Positions 11,317 to 21,894 of a DNA stretch of 64,000 nucleotides are shown here, in pieces. Both the position numbers and the translations under genes were made by a program. Position 1 is the first letter of the stretch. Each line of letters starts with the position of its first letter. The notes beneath the pieces were generated by a model. That model worked only from the letters and a program-made list of their open reading frames with translations. It made no database searches and was not told where the DNA came from. Origin of the DNA: Pseudomonadota bacterium (lineage in GTDB: Bacteria; Myxococcota; JACRCW01; JAFGSX01); NCBI GenBank assembly GCA_043821645.1, contig JBDRCO010000003.1:224001-288000 (forward strand), read 5' to 3'.

Positions 11317-13371
11317 GTGAGCGACGCGCACGAAGCACGCATTTGCGAGCTCCTCGAAAAGGGGCTGCAGCACTACGGGATGGGTGAACCAACCCGGGCC
11401 CTCGCGATCTGGAGCGAGGTCCTGTCGCTGGATCCCGCCAACATCCGCGCTGCCGAATACATCAAGTTCGTGGGAGAGAGCTTGCAGGACGTCGCCGGGC
11501 CCGGGACGGCTGTGGAACCCACGGCGGCAAAGGTTGCCCCGGCTCCAGGTGGCGTCGTGGCGGACCCTTCGGCGGCGCCTCCCGCAGAATCCCCCACGGG
11601 TCCACTGCTTGTGGGCGATGAGGCTCCGGCCGTCGTCGTAGCACCGGATGTTGCCGAGCAACACGCCGAGCCTGCCGTGCCCACTCGCCCTGCGGTGGCG
11701 GTTGAACCCACCACCCCGGAGGACAACCACACAGCCGAGATCGCGGTGCCGGATCATGGCTCGAAACCCGCCATGATGGCGACGGTTCCAGAGACCACAG
11801 CGGAGACCCAGGCGGCTCTCATCGACGACCCACTGGCCGTGTCCTGGGGTGACCTGGTGGCGCCCCCGCCGCCGGAGCCGGTGGTGTTGGATGAGACGGT
11901 CGATATCGAGCTCTCGGATGAGGTGGTGGGACCGGACCCAGGCGTCGTGGCCGAGGCCGCTGCCGAGGTGATGGCTGACGCGGTGGCGGTGACCGAGCCT
12001 CCCTCCGCTTCGGTTGACCAGATCGCGGCTGTGGATGGCGGTCCGGAAGCGTCGGCCAGTACTGGCCACCCGGCACAGGATGCAGCACAGGACGTGAGCG
12101 CCTCGCCGAGCACAGAACTGCCCCCGCAACCCGCTGAATTCGCCGCGCCCTCGCCCGAGGCAAGTGAGAACCCCTCCACGCCCCTTGCCCCCGAGGCATC
12201 TTTGGACCCAGCCAGCGAGCAAGCCACGCTGGATGCGCCTGCGATTGCTGGCATCGCCGCGGCGACTCCGGCGGACGAGGATGATCTACCCGACGTCGAG
12301 GTCGAGATCGAGGAGTTACAGGAGCGATCCACTCCAGACAGCGATGCGAGCACAGACCAGGATCTGGCCTCGCCCGTCGCCATCGAGGAGGAAGGGCGTG
12401 CGGACCCGGCAGCTCCGAGCGTCAGCCCGGAAGAGAGCGCCGCGCCCGGGCTCGCGTCGAGTCTTTCCACAGTGGAATCGGTCACGCCGGACATCCCGAC
12501 GCCAGCGCTCGCTGGATACACCGACGTCGCACCCTTGCCTGTCACGCCGGACGCCCCCGCCCTGGAACTTATGCCACCGGTCGTCAGCCCCATCGTCGGG
12601 GATTGGGGTTCGGCCTTCGAGCAGGTTCCGAGTGACCAGTTCCAGACCTTTGGCGACATGCTCACCTCGTCCGCTGCGTCGAGTCCCGACGAGAATGCTC
12701 CCGTCGTGCGGGAGAGTCTGTCTTCGCCGCTGCCGCCGGCCGAGGAGGTGGTGGCTCTCCCGGCCGGAGCACCCGCCGAGCTGCGGGAAGAGGTGTCCGA
12801 GACAGAAGCCCCTGCCGGGGTCTCCGATCCCTGGGATGAGGGGCCGTCGCTGTCCGAACCTGTTCACGTGAAGAGTGCGAACCGGGAGTTCCTGGATCCG
12901 TCCAGCGGCGAGCACTCGATCGAGGAGCACTCGCAGCCCAGTGAACCCGGCCTCATTGATGAGCCCATTTCCACCGCCGACGCAGACGCGTCCGAGTGCG
13001 AGCGGCTCATGCAGGGTGCCCGGGACATGTTCGATCTCGGAGATTTCTCGGGCTCGCTCGAGCTGGTCGAGAAGGTGCTCGAGATCGACGCCGAGAACGC
13101 TGAGGCCCGGGACTATCTCAGCCGCAACCAGGGCACTTTGCTCAAGATGTACGAGTCCAAGATCGGGTCCTTCTCCCAGGTGCCGCGGGTGACCATCCCT
13201 CCCGACGAGGTGATCTGGCTCAACCTGCACCATCGTGCCGGGTTCCTGCTAGCCCAGATCGACGGCAGCATGACCTTCGAGGACCTGCTCTCCCTGTCGG
13301 CCATGTCCAAGCTCGAGACCTGCAAGATCCTCGTCAAGCTCATCAGCGAGGGAGTGATCACCGCGTCCTGA
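11317..13371 (+). CDS. Hypothetical protein: N-terminal TPR, long acidic Pro/Ala-rich linker, C-terminal TPR plus winged-helix-like domain
   Basis: Long ORF; TPR-like ends (ALAIWSEVLSLDPAN, SLELVEKVLEIDAEN) and C-terminal GFLLAQIDG motif. Start uncertain (GTG 11317). Confidence 0.7.
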   Translation: MSDAHEARICELLEKGLQHYGMGEPTRALAIWSEVLSLDPANIRAAEYIKFVGESLQDVAGPGTAVEPTAAKVAPAPGGVVADPSAAPPAESPTGPLLVGDEAPAVVVAPDVAEQHAEPAVPTRPAVAVEPTTPEDNHTAEIAVPDHGSKPAMMATVPETTAETQAALIDDPLAVSWGDLVAPPPPEPVVLDETVDIELSDEVVGPDPGVVAEAAAEVMADAVAVTEPPSASVDQIAAVDGGPEASASTGHPAQDAAQDVSASPSTELPPQPAEFAAPSPEASENPSTPLAPEASLDPASEQATLDAPAIAGIAAATPADEDDLPDVEVEIEELQERSTPDSDASTDQDLASPVAIEEEGRADPAAPSVSPEESAAPGLASSLSTVESVTPDIPTPALAGYTDVAPLPVTPDAPALELMPPVVSPIVGDWGSAFEQVPSDQFQTFGDMLTSSAASSPDENAPVVRESLSSPLPPAEEVVALPAGAPAELREEVSETEAPAGVSDPWDEGPSLSEPVHVKSANREFLDPSSGEHSIEEHSQPSEPGLIDEPISTADADASECERLMQGARDMFDLGDFSGSLELVEKVLEIDAENAEARDYLSRNQGTLLKMYESKIGSFSQVPRVTIPPDEVIWLNLHHRAGFLLAQIDGSMTFEDLLSLSAMSKLETCKILVKLISEGVITAS

Positions 13372-13450
13372 ATGCCGGCGTCATTCCGGGCTCGAGGGCC
13401 GTCTGCGGTGCAGCGGACCCGGGACTGAACACCGGATCGCTTCCAGGATC

Positions 13451-16400
13451 TCAGAACGCTTCATCGGGCCCGATGTCCGGTCCGGCGCCCATGGGCCTGG
13501 GTTGGCCATCGATGTCCAGCAGCGACACCGTGATGGGATCCGCCGCGTCGACGGCAGGGGACAGCGCACTGGTCAGGTGCCCCGAGCTGTCGATCCCGAC
13601 GTCGTCCACCGCGGATAGGTTCCTGAATCGCGAGCGCAGGCTCGACAGGGCCACGTCGTCGTCCGCCAGGGCCAGCCCCAGCTGGGTCATCAGGGTTCGC
13701 CCGCCGGGTGCGAACATCACATGGTGCAGGGCCAGCCACTGATCTGGACCCTCGGACACCTCGAGGGCCGCCGCGGCCTGGGCGATCTTGACGATGGAAT
13801 TGCGCAGCTCCCCGGTGGCTCCGTCGCCAAGGACCACTGTCCCCCGGCTTGCCCCGGATGCGGCGAGGTAACTGCTGTTGATGCGCACCGGGCTGGTGGC
13901 GTGCACGGCCTGGGCGTCGACCTGGCCAGAAGCGCGGATCACGGACGTGACGATCAAGCCCTGGCATGATCGGAGGGCCAGGCCCGTGGCCAGGGACGCG
14001 CTCACTGTGAGCCGGGTGCGCTCGAGCTGAACCGAGGCCGGCTCCTCCGTCATCCCCTGGCAGCTGACGGCCTGGGCGACGCCCAGCTCGGCGTCTGCTT
14101 CGACGACGACCTGGGAGGTGCCCAGCCGGACATCCACCACGTCCTGCAGCTGGATCCCGGTGCTGTTCTGGGGTGCGCTCACGCGCAGGTCCGCGAGCTC
14201 CACATCCAGCCACTGGCTGCCACGCAATGCGAGCCCCGTGGCATCCACCGCACCCACGACCTGCAGGGTGCCGGCCACGGCGAGGGTTGCACTGTCCGAC
14301 CCCATCGTCGGCGAGCTCAGATCCACCAGCCAGCCGTCGACGATGCCCCAGCTCGATGCGGCGACCACGAACAGGTCGACCAGCTCCAGCTCACTGCTCT
14401 GGAGCCCGACCAGCTGCGCACCGATCGCCCGCCCGACCGCCGCCGCATGCAGCGAGACCCCATGCAGGGATGCTTGGGCGCTGTCGATGGAGAGCGCCAC
14501 CGCCGTGGCGGCCTGGCCATCAGCACTGGCGCGAAGGCTGGCATCGGTCAGGGTGATGTCGCCTCCGGCAACCTCCAGGGCCACCAGGTCCGCGGTTGGG
14601 CTCTCGGCGCCACCCACCAGCTCACCCGACAGGCGCGCGTTCACGGCGAAGAACAAAGAAACAGCCACTCCCCGGCCCTCGGCCCTGATCTTGCGAGGAC
14701 CCCGCACGCTGCTGTCCGAGGTCAGAGTGGGCTGGCACTTGTGACAGCGAAGTGTCACCGCGAGGTCTGCCTGGATCAGCTCTCCATCATCGAGGGCGAG
14801 GGTGCTGGATTCGATCAGGAGTTCGCTGCGAACGACATCCAGGCCCGTGACGTCGCGGGCGGCCTCGAGCTGGTCCCCGGGGCCAAGGGATGCGCGCTCG
14901 AGGACCAGCTTGCCATCTGCCGAGCGAACACCGAAGACCAGCGGGGCTCGCCCCAGCTCGATGCGGCTGTCCTGGAGGAGCACATCGCTCGAGGGCCCCG
15001 CATCCAGGGTCGTGCTCAGGTTGTTCGCGATTCCACCCCGCAGCACGCAGTCGCGGATCTCGACGCGGTGTCCCTCTCCGACGTCGACGGTCCAGGACTC
15101 CTCTGCCAGGGTCGGCCCGGTGGCCTCGACCCCGATCAGACGGGTACGTGGGCCCATCACCAGCAACCTGCGGCGCGGCACCACGGCGGTGGCAGCCAGG
15201 GCATGGATGCGGATCTGCGCCAGGCTAGATCCACTCTCCAGACTCACAGCGTCGATGCCAGGGACACCCAGGGCGGTGACGGCCGCGCCATCCTGCGTGT
15301 AGTCCCCGTCGTCAAAGACCCAACCACCACTCAGTCGAACATTGGCGGGAACACGCAGCGCCTGTGCCGCGGCGTGATTGCCTGCGGCGAGCCGAAGCTC
15401 GCCAAAACCGAAGCGCTGCACCTGAACCAGCCCTTGCCCGGGTGTCCGGGCAGGTCGAGCGGGGCTGCCGTCACCATCGTCAAGACCGCGAGCCGGATCC
15501 ACATAAGGGCCAGCCACCTCGACATGAACGGTCGCCAGATCACTGCTGCAGGCCTGTTCCGCATCGCAGACAGTGAGCTGGAAGTGCAGCGTCGTCGGCG
15601 TGGCCGGCGCCATGAAGCTGGCAAGACCGCCGCCAAGGTCCTGCAGCTCGACCGCGGGCTCCAGCGGCGGGAGCTGCTCCCACAGGGAACTTGCGATGCG
15701 CCCACTATCGGGGTCGTCGCTGCGACTCCCATCCAAGCGCACCGCGGATCCGGGCAGAGCCCAGTGTTCGCCACCTGCCTGCGCCACGGGTGGCTGGTTC
15801 TGGGCGAGGGGATCGACGGTGATCACGACGACGTCCGGGTTGGATGCGGCCACACCGTCATCGACCACCAAGGCGAAGGCCAGGATGACAGCCTGGGCCG
15901 GAGCATCAAAGGTGCAGACGGCATCGTGGCAGGCCAGGCTGACTGCCGGACCCTGCACCTGCCACCAGCGGTGGTCGTGGAGGACCGTGCCATCGGGATC
16001 GTGGGAGCGGGTGGCTGCGAGGGCCACCCGACGGTCCGGGCGAACACTTCGGTCGGGACCGGCGTCTGCGACCGGCGCCCTGTTGCCGATGCCTGCGGTC
16101 ACCTGGATGACGGCGACGGCAGGCGCCAGGTGCCGGCCTTCCTGCTCCTGGTCCAGGCGAAATGCCAGCCCCTGGGGCCGTCGCGGTGCCACGAACACGA
16201 CGCTGCCATCGGCTTGCTCGTTCCAGGTCACAGCATCCCCTCGGATCTGGCGCAGAGCAAGCAGGCCTGCGCTGGGGTCCGCGGGCGTTGATGGTCTCAG
16301 CACCACTGTCGCGCCGGGCTCCACGAAGGGCGGCGCGGCAAGTTCGGGGGCCGCTCCGGTCTCGACGATCTCTTCACGGCGATCGACCACCACAAAATCC

Positions 16401-17092
16401 GGCTCGGACCACAGGCCGTTGGCGTCCTGCACCTCGAGGGCGAACACCGCGGCGTCCGTCGTCGGCCCCAGGTGCAGGGACGTGCGCAGCGCCGACGCGT
16501 CCTCCAGGGTTGCGGTGCCCCCGATCACCTGCGTCCAGCGCGCCGTCTGCAGCGCAGCATCCAGGCCGGTACTGCGCGAGGCATCGAGGACGACGCTGTC
16601 GTCGGTGGTCACGAGATCGCCGGAGGCCACTGCGAGCGGCGCCTGCAGCGGATCTCCATCCACCACCACGATCCGTGTGCTGTCCGTGCCGAGCAAGGCA
16701 TCGCCGCGAAGCTCGAGTCCGAACACCAGGGCGTCCGCCCGCGGCGGAGCAGAGAGCCGTACCAGCGCGCTCACCGCGGAGTCGAGGGTCACGCGTTCGC
16801 CCTCCCGCTGTCGCCACAGCCGGTCCCGCACCTCGGCAGACCCCAGCACGCGGCTGCAGCGTCCGTCGAGGGAGACGGGCAGTGCTCGGGTCACCACCAT
16901 GTCGGGGCCCGCGCAGGCCAGGAGCTCGGTCAGCTCCGCGGGCTCCGGCGGCTGTTTCGGGATCACCGTCGCGTCGCTCAGATCAAAATCGCAGCCCAAA
17001 AGCAGGGCTGCGCTGATCACGGGGCACAACCAGGCACGCTGACGCACCATGCGCGCTAGAAGGGGAACCACACGGGAAACAACAGGTCGCAT
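13451..17092 (-). CDS. Large surface lipoprotein with PKD/K319L-like Ig repeats and a right-handed beta-helix C-terminal region
   Basis: Lipobox LLLGC; repeats AGPD..V...V.LDG..S.DPDG...W.Q..GP.V.L; YVDPARG.DDGDGSPARP beta-helix cap; C-terminal DIDGQPRP...PDIGPDE. Confidence 0.75.
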   Translation of the reverse strand: MRPVVSRVVPLLARMVRQRAWLCPVISAALLLGCDFDLSDATVIPKQPPEPAELTELLACAGPDMVVTRALPVSLDGRCSRVLGSAEVRDRLWRQREGERVTLDSAVSALVRLSAPPRADALVFGLELRGDALLGTDSTRIVVVDGDPLQAPLAVASGDLVTTDDSVVLDASRSTGLDAALQTARWTQVIGGTATLEDASALRTSLHLGPTTDAAVFALEVQDANGLWSEPDFVVVDRREEIVETGAAPELAAPPFVEPGATVVLRPSTPADPSAGLLALRQIRGDAVTWNEQADGSVVFVAPRRPQGLAFRLDQEQEGRHLAPAVAVIQVTAGIGNRAPVADAGPDRSVRPDRRVALAATRSHDPDGTVLHDHRWWQVQGPAVSLACHDAVCTFDAPAQAVILAFALVVDDGVAASNPDVVVITVDPLAQNQPPVAQAGGEHWALPGSAVRLDGSRSDDPDSGRIASSLWEQLPPLEPAVELQDLGGGLASFMAPATPTTLHFQLTVCDAEQACSSDLATVHVEVAGPYVDPARGLDDGDGSPARPARTPGQGLVQVQRFGFGELRLAAGNHAAAQALRVPANVRLSGGWVFDDGDYTQDGAAVTALGVPGIDAVSLESGSSLAQIRIHALAATAVVPRRRLLVMGPRTRLIGVEATGPTLAEESWTVDVGEGHRVEIRDCVLRGGIANNLSTTLDAGPSSDVLLQDSRIELGRAPLVFGVRSADGKLVLERASLGPGDQLEAARDVTGLDVVRSELLIESSTLALDDGELIQADLAVTLRCHKCQPTLTSDSSVRGPRKIRAEGRGVAVSLFFAVNARLSGELVGGAESPTADLVALEVAGGDITLTDASLRASADGQAATAVALSIDSAQASLHGVSLHAAAVGRAIGAQLVGLQSSELELVDLFVVAASSWGIVDGWLVDLSSPTMGSDSATLAVAGTLQVVGAVDATGLALRGSQWLDVELADLRVSAPQNSTGIQLQDVVDVRLGTSQVVVEADAELGVAQAVSCQGMTEEPASVQLERTRLTVSASLATGLALRSCQGLIVTSVIRASGQVDAQAVHATSPVRINSSYLAASGASRGTVVLGDGATGELRNSIVKIAQAAAALEVSEGPDQWLALHHVMFAPGGRTLMTQLGLALADDDVALSSLRSRFRNLSAVDDVGIDSSGHLTSALSPAVDAADPITVSLLDIDGQPRPMGAGPDIGPDEAF

Positions 17093-17139
17093 GTCACCGC
17101 CAGATCATGGGCACCTGGGAGTATACCATCCGACGATGC

Positions 17140-18168
17140 TCAGCTGTCCGGGATGCTGCCGTCCGGTGCGATGGGAGTGTTGGTGTACAACGTGGGATCG
17201 ACAAAGCGGCCATGCATGGACACGGCGTAGTGCAGGTGAGGTCCGGTCGAGCGTCCGGTGTTGCCGACGGTCCCGATGGGCATCCTGTCATCGAGGACGG
17301 TGCCGGCGCTGACGAACAGGTGTGCCATGTGCGCGTAGTGCGTGCGGACGCCGTTGGCATGCTCCAGCACGACGTAGTTGCCATAACCTCCACTCCAGGC
17401 GGCGAATACGACCACGCCCGAGGCGGCTGCGTAGACGGGCGTCTCCGGTGACGAGACCAGATCGACACCGGAGTGGAACCTGAAGCGTCCGTTGACCGGA
17501 TCGCGCCTGTAGCCAAAGGGGCTCGAGGGCATCACGGTCTTCAGTGGCCACATCAGCATCAGGCCGTCGATATCCCGGGGGCTGACCGAACCCAGCGTGT
17601 AGGTGTCGTGGGTGGCGTGCAGCTCGCGCACCCGCTGATCGATCTTCTCCAGGATCTCGATGTAGTCGACCGTGAGTTCGTGGGGCAGGTCGGTGAAGCG
17701 CTGGCGATCGCGGTCCATCTCGACCTCGAGCGTGACCCGGGCGCGCACCAGAGCGCCGAGATCGCTGGCACTCGGCTGGAGGTCCAGGGACTGGTCGATG
17801 GAGCCAAAGGCCTGCTGCCACTGCTCGAGCACCCCGGGCGGAGGAATGTCTCCTGCGGGGACGCTGTTTCCGGCCCGGCCAGCCACCAGTTGCATCAGGT
17901 TGCGATCCAGCCGCCGACCCATCTCGGCCGCTTTTTTCTTCGGTGCCCGCGCGGCCTTGCGCTCGCTGTCCTGCTCGAAGGCGCGGACGCGCTCGGCCAC
18001 CGAGCCCACGTAGTTCTCGTCGGCGGCAGCGGAGTGCAGGACCTGCGTCGTGGTCTCGCCAGGTGCTGGATCGTCCTCCCAGGTGCGTTGCGGGGGGCGC
18101 AGCTCCGGGCCGCTGGCACAGGCCACCACAGCACCGAGCAGCAGCATGACAGCCCAGTTCCAGCGCAT
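17140..18168 (-). CDS. M23-family metallopeptidase lipoprotein
   Basis: SSPFGYRRDP, HSGVDL, VYAAASG, GYGNYV, HYAHM, GNTGRSTGPHLHY; signal peptide MRWNWAVMLLLGAVVAC. Confidence 0.88.
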   Translation of the reverse strand: MRWNWAVMLLLGAVVACASGPELRPPQRTWEDDPAPGETTTQVLHSAAADENYVGSVAERVRAFEQDSERKAARAPKKKAAEMGRRLDRNLMQLVAGRAGNSVPAGDIPPPGVLEQWQQAFGSIDQSLDLQPSASDLGALVRARVTLEVEMDRDRQRFTDLPHELTVDYIEILEKIDQRVRELHATHDTYTLGSVSPRDIDGLMLMWPLKTVMPSSPFGYRRDPVNGRFRFHSGVDLVSSPETPVYAAASGVVVFAAWSGGYGNYVVLEHANGVRTHYAHMAHLFVSAGTVLDDRMPIGTVGNTGRSTGPHLHYAVSMHGRFVDPTLYTNTPIAPDGSIPDS

Positions 18169-18375
18169 GGATTCATTGTAGACGCAGCCAGCTGGCCACT
18201 CAACGAAATGGCCCGGAGTGGTCCCGGTCCGGGGTGCTCTGGTGAGCTGTTTGTGGCCACCGAGAAGGGCTCCGGCGGGGGCGTCGCTGCCGGCCGGTTT
18301 GACAGCGAGGGATGCCCGCGTGTACGTAATCCTCATAGAGAATGAATGCACCGACCCGGATTCCTGGAGGATGAC

Positions 18376-21300
18376 ATGACCCGGCGCTCCCTGACCCTGC
18401 TGTGGACTGTGGCCTTGGCCGGTCTCTCGTTCGCGCGCTGCGACTGCGAGGACCCCAACCTGGCCAAGATCCCCAAGCCAGAAATCCAGGTCATCGACGT
18501 GGAGACGGGTCGCATCAATGACCAGGCGGTGGCCGAGAGCGGGGCCTTCGTCGTCGACTTCGGTGCGGTGGACATCGGCCAGCAGGCGATCCGGACCCTG
18601 CGCGTGCTCAACAGCGGCACGGGTCAGCTTCACGTCACGGCGTTCCGCCTGGTCGAGGAAGGCCTGGACGAGACCCTGTGTGACGGGCTCAAGCGCGGCT
18701 TCGGCTTCGTCGCCCAGGACGAGCGCGCGACGCCCATGAACATCGACCCGACCAAGTCCCGGGATGTGCGCATCAGCTTCACGCCGCCAGCCGCTGGACC
18801 GCACTGTCTGGGCCTTCTGATCCAGAGCGATGACGAGAACGAGAAGGAGGTCCTCGTCTACCTGACGGGTCAGGGTTCGGGGGGCCGTCTGTGCACGACA
18901 CCTTACGGCGTCACGCGTCTCGACTTCGGTCCGGTCTTCGTAGGCGAGAGCTCCACCGAAACCCTGCAGTTCGAGAACTGTGGCAACCGCGCCATCTCCC
19001 TCACCGGGATCAGCATCGACACCAACCCCGACGACGTGTTCGCCCTGGTGACGCTGCCGACCCTGCCCCTGTCTATGGAGCCCGGCGCGAGCTTCAGCAT
19101 GGATCTGAGTTTCTCACCGGAGATGGTGCGCGAGTACCGCGCCTCGCTGGCCGGGCTGCTCAAGCTGGTCACCGGCGCACCCTATCCATCCGAGCAGTTC
19201 GTGGCGCTCGAGGGGACAGGTGCCGAGCGACCCCGCTGCAAGATCACCAGCGTCCCCCTCACCGTCAATTTCGGAGCAGTGGCGGGCAACGCGGGCCAGG
19301 TCGATCGCACCCTGCTGCTCAAGAACAACGGCGAGTGCCACTGCGAGATCTCGGCACTGAGCGACGTCGTGATGGATGCGCAGGCGAGTGTCGACGCCGG
19401 AACCTTCTCGCTGGTCAATAGCCCTGCGCTGCCCTTCTTTCTCCAGGGCACGGATCCCACGGCCGACGGCTGCTCGAGCACGGGCAACCCCACCAGCTCC
19501 ACGCAGCAGCTGACCGTGCGCTACACGCTTCCCAACCGCACCACCGCGGCGGTGGAACGCGGCCACTTCGACGTCACCAGCACCGATCCCGTCAACAGCC
19601 CGCTCACGGTCTTCATCGAGGCCAACGGTGGTGGCGTGCCGCACTGTCAGGTCAAGATCTCCCCCGAGGCACCGGACCAGGTGCAGCCCGGCGGCGGCAT
19701 GTTCGAGTTCGTGACCAAGACCCTGCTCAACCGCTGGGGTCTGGTGCGCTTCGGTAACGTCAACCTGCACTTCGAACGCTTCCAGCCCATCACCGTCGAG
19801 AACATCGGCAACTACGACTGCGTGGTCAAGGAGATCAAGTGGCGGCAGTCCTGGACGACCACCAACGAGTTTGGCTTTGCCGACGAGAACCAGCAGCGCA
19901 TGACCTTGCCGGCGCAGGTCAACCGGCGCCTGACCCCTGGGCAGATCGCGACCTGGTACGCGGTCTTCAAGCCCACCCATGCCTACAGCAGCACCTTGCC
20001 GATCCCGGACATGCGCTGCCTCAGCGGTGGCTACTGCGCGGCGTTGACCAGCTCGATGCAGAGCGAAACCTGCTTCACCCAGCCCTGCCAGTGGGGCAAT
20101 GGCGTGGATATCGTCACCGGCGACGGCAGCGATCCCCTCACCCAGGACACCGTCACCGACCAGTCGGCGCTGACCCTCCATACGCCCGGCACCTTCTCGG
20201 TGGGCTTCATGGGCAAGCCCACCACGCCTGCCATCGACGTCATACCGGCCGAGATCGACTTCGGCATGATCACCGTCGGCTGTGGCAGTGAGGAACGGAC
20301 CATCAAGGTCTACAACACTGGAAATGGCGACCTGGTGATCACCCGCCTCGAGATCTCGCCGACCGCCAATCCCGACGAGTTCCGCATCACCGCGGCCCTG
20401 GTGCCTCCGAACTACACGCTGCAGCCTGGTGGGACGCCCATGCCCATCAATGTTCGGTTCTTGCCGCGGCGCGAGGGTGTGCATCGCGCGGACCTGATCA
20501 TCTACGCGCTCGAGGGCACCACCGAGGTGCCCATGTTCACCGTGCCACTGCAAGGGGAGGGCACGCTGGAGACGCACCAGACCGATGTGTTCCGCCAGCT
20601 CTTCGACCCCCTCGTCGACGTGCTGTGGGTGGTGGACGACTCGGGATCCATGAGCACAGAGCAGGACATCCTGGGTCAGAACTTCCCGTCGTTCTTCACC
20701 CAGACCAGCATCAACAACGTCGACTACCACATCGCGGTGACGACGACGCTCACCCGCGACACCTGCGTGCCGGACTTCACCAACCCCAACGACTCCTGTG
20801 CCGGTACCCCGCCGCACCCCAAGGCGGGCTTTTACACGTCGTGCAACGGCAACGACAAGTGGATCACGACCGCCACGAGCAACCCGGAGCAGCAGTTCTC
20901 GTGCAACGTCAAGGTGTCGGATTCGGGCAACGTCAACCCTGATAGACCGACCTCGGACAGCGCCGAGGGAGGCCTGATGGCCGCACGCCTGTTCCTGTCA
21001 CCACCCAACATCGACGACGCCAACGCGAACCTGAACTTCCTGCGCGACGACGCCAAGCTGTACGTGATCATGGTCAGCGACGAGGAAGACCAGTCCGATG
21101 GGCCGACCGACCTGTACGTGGACTTTTTCCGCAACCTCAAGGGTTTCCGCAATGCCGGCCTGATCAACGTGTCGGCCATCGCCGGCGACGTTCCTGGCGG
21201 CTGCGGCGATACCAGCGGGCAGGGCAGCGGGGCCGGAGCCGAGGCCGGCGCACGCTACAAGGACGTGGTCGACGCCATGGGAGGGCTATTCCACAGCATT

Positions 21301-21621
21301 TGCTCCTCCGACTGGTCGAGCATGCTGTCGAGCCTGGCCTTCGACTCCTTCGGCCTCAAGATCCAGTTCTTCCTCACCCGGGGTGCGGCCAGTGCGGCCG
21401 ACATCGAGGTCTGCGTGTCCAGCCAGGACCTCACGGGCCACACCGGAGCCTGCTCCGCGCGCGGTGGCACCGTGGTGGCCCTGACCAGCGAGGGTGCGGC
21501 CAACGGCTGGTGGTACGACGCGGGTAGCAACTCGGTGGTGTTCAACGCTGGCAGCGTGCCACCACGCGGGCAGTGGATCCGCGTGGACTACGATACCGCC
21601 TGTCTGCCCCTTCAGCCCTGA
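18376..21621 (+). CDS. Cys-rich surface lipoprotein with five choice-of-anchor D/ASH-like Ig repeats and a C-terminal vWA domain
   Basis: Signal peptide ending FARCDC; five (D/N/R)FG.V..G......N.G repeats; MIDAS VDVLWVVDDSGSM and VSDEEDQS. Confidence 0.8.
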   Translation: MTRRSLTLLWTVALAGLSFARCDCEDPNLAKIPKPEIQVIDVETGRINDQAVAESGAFVVDFGAVDIGQQAIRTLRVLNSGTGQLHVTAFRLVEEGLDETLCDGLKRGFGFVAQDERATPMNIDPTKSRDVRISFTPPAAGPHCLGLLIQSDDENEKEVLVYLTGQGSGGRLCTTPYGVTRLDFGPVFVGESSTETLQFENCGNRAISLTGISIDTNPDDVFALVTLPTLPLSMEPGASFSMDLSFSPEMVREYRASLAGLLKLVTGAPYPSEQFVALEGTGAERPRCKITSVPLTVNFGAVAGNAGQVDRTLLLKNNGECHCEISALSDVVMDAQASVDAGTFSLVNSPALPFFLQGTDPTADGCSSTGNPTSSTQQLTVRYTLPNRTTAAVERGHFDVTSTDPVNSPLTVFIEANGGGVPHCQVKISPEAPDQVQPGGGMFEFVTKTLLNRWGLVRFGNVNLHFERFQPITVENIGNYDCVVKEIKWRQSWTTTNEFGFADENQQRMTLPAQVNRRLTPGQIATWYAVFKPTHAYSSTLPIPDMRCLSGGYCAALTSSMQSETCFTQPCQWGNGVDIVTGDGSDPLTQDTVTDQSALTLHTPGTFSVGFMGKPTTPAIDVIPAEIDFGMITVGCGSEERTIKVYNTGNGDLVITRLEISPTANPDEFRITAALVPPNYTLQPGGTPMPINVRFLPRREGVHRADLIIYALEGTTEVPMFTVPLQGEGTLETHQTDVFRQLFDPLVDVLWVVDDSGSMSTEQDILGQNFPSFFTQTSINNVDYHIAVTTTLTRDTCVPDFTNPNDSCAGTPPHPKAGFYTSCNGNDKWITTATSNPEQQFSCNVKVSDSGNVNPDRPTSDSAEGGLMAARLFLSPPNIDDANANLNFLRDDAKLYVIMVSDEEDQSDGPTDLYVDFFRNLKGFRNAGLINVSAIAGDVPGGCGDTSGQGSGAGAEAGARYKDVVDAMGGLFHSICSSDWSSMLSSLAFDSFGLKIQFFLTRGAASAADIEVCVSSQDLTGHTGACSARGGTVVALTSEGAANGWWYDAGSNSVVFNAGSVPPRGQWIRVDYDTACLPLQP

Positions 21622-21725
21622 GCTCCGAGCGGCTAAAAAATTGATTTGCATCTCACCGGTGCGACAATGGAGCCGGTGGACGGCACCCTGCGCTCGCAGT
21701 CGCCAGTCCACGCCAGGAGGAGCCC

Positions 21726-21881
21726 ATGAGCACCCGTCACGATCGCGACATCGTCTTCGAGAGCCTCAAGATGTTTGACCGCCCCGAGGAGGAACTGCGC
21801 CGCCGCTGCCTGGATGCCGACGAGGACGTGGACTATCTCGTCGAGAAGCTGTTCTCGACGTCCTTCGACTCCAAGGCGTGA
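21726..21881 (+). CDS. Small hypothetical protein (51 aa), below the ORF-track cutoff
   Basis: AGGAGG RBS, then MSTRHDRDIVFESLKMFDRPEEELRRRCLDADEDVDYLVEKLFSTSFDSKA*; GC3-rich codons; fills the intergenic gap. Confidence 0.65.
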   Translation: MSTRHDRDIVFESLKMFDRPEEELRRRCLDADEDVDYLVEKLFSTSFDSKA

Positions 21882-21894
21882 CTCCCGCTCGGGT

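Noticed and set aside
18169-18804. N-terminal extension of the M23 peptidase ORF
   Set aside because: Overlaps the divergent vWA lipoprotein gene; the lipoprotein signal peptide begins at 18168.
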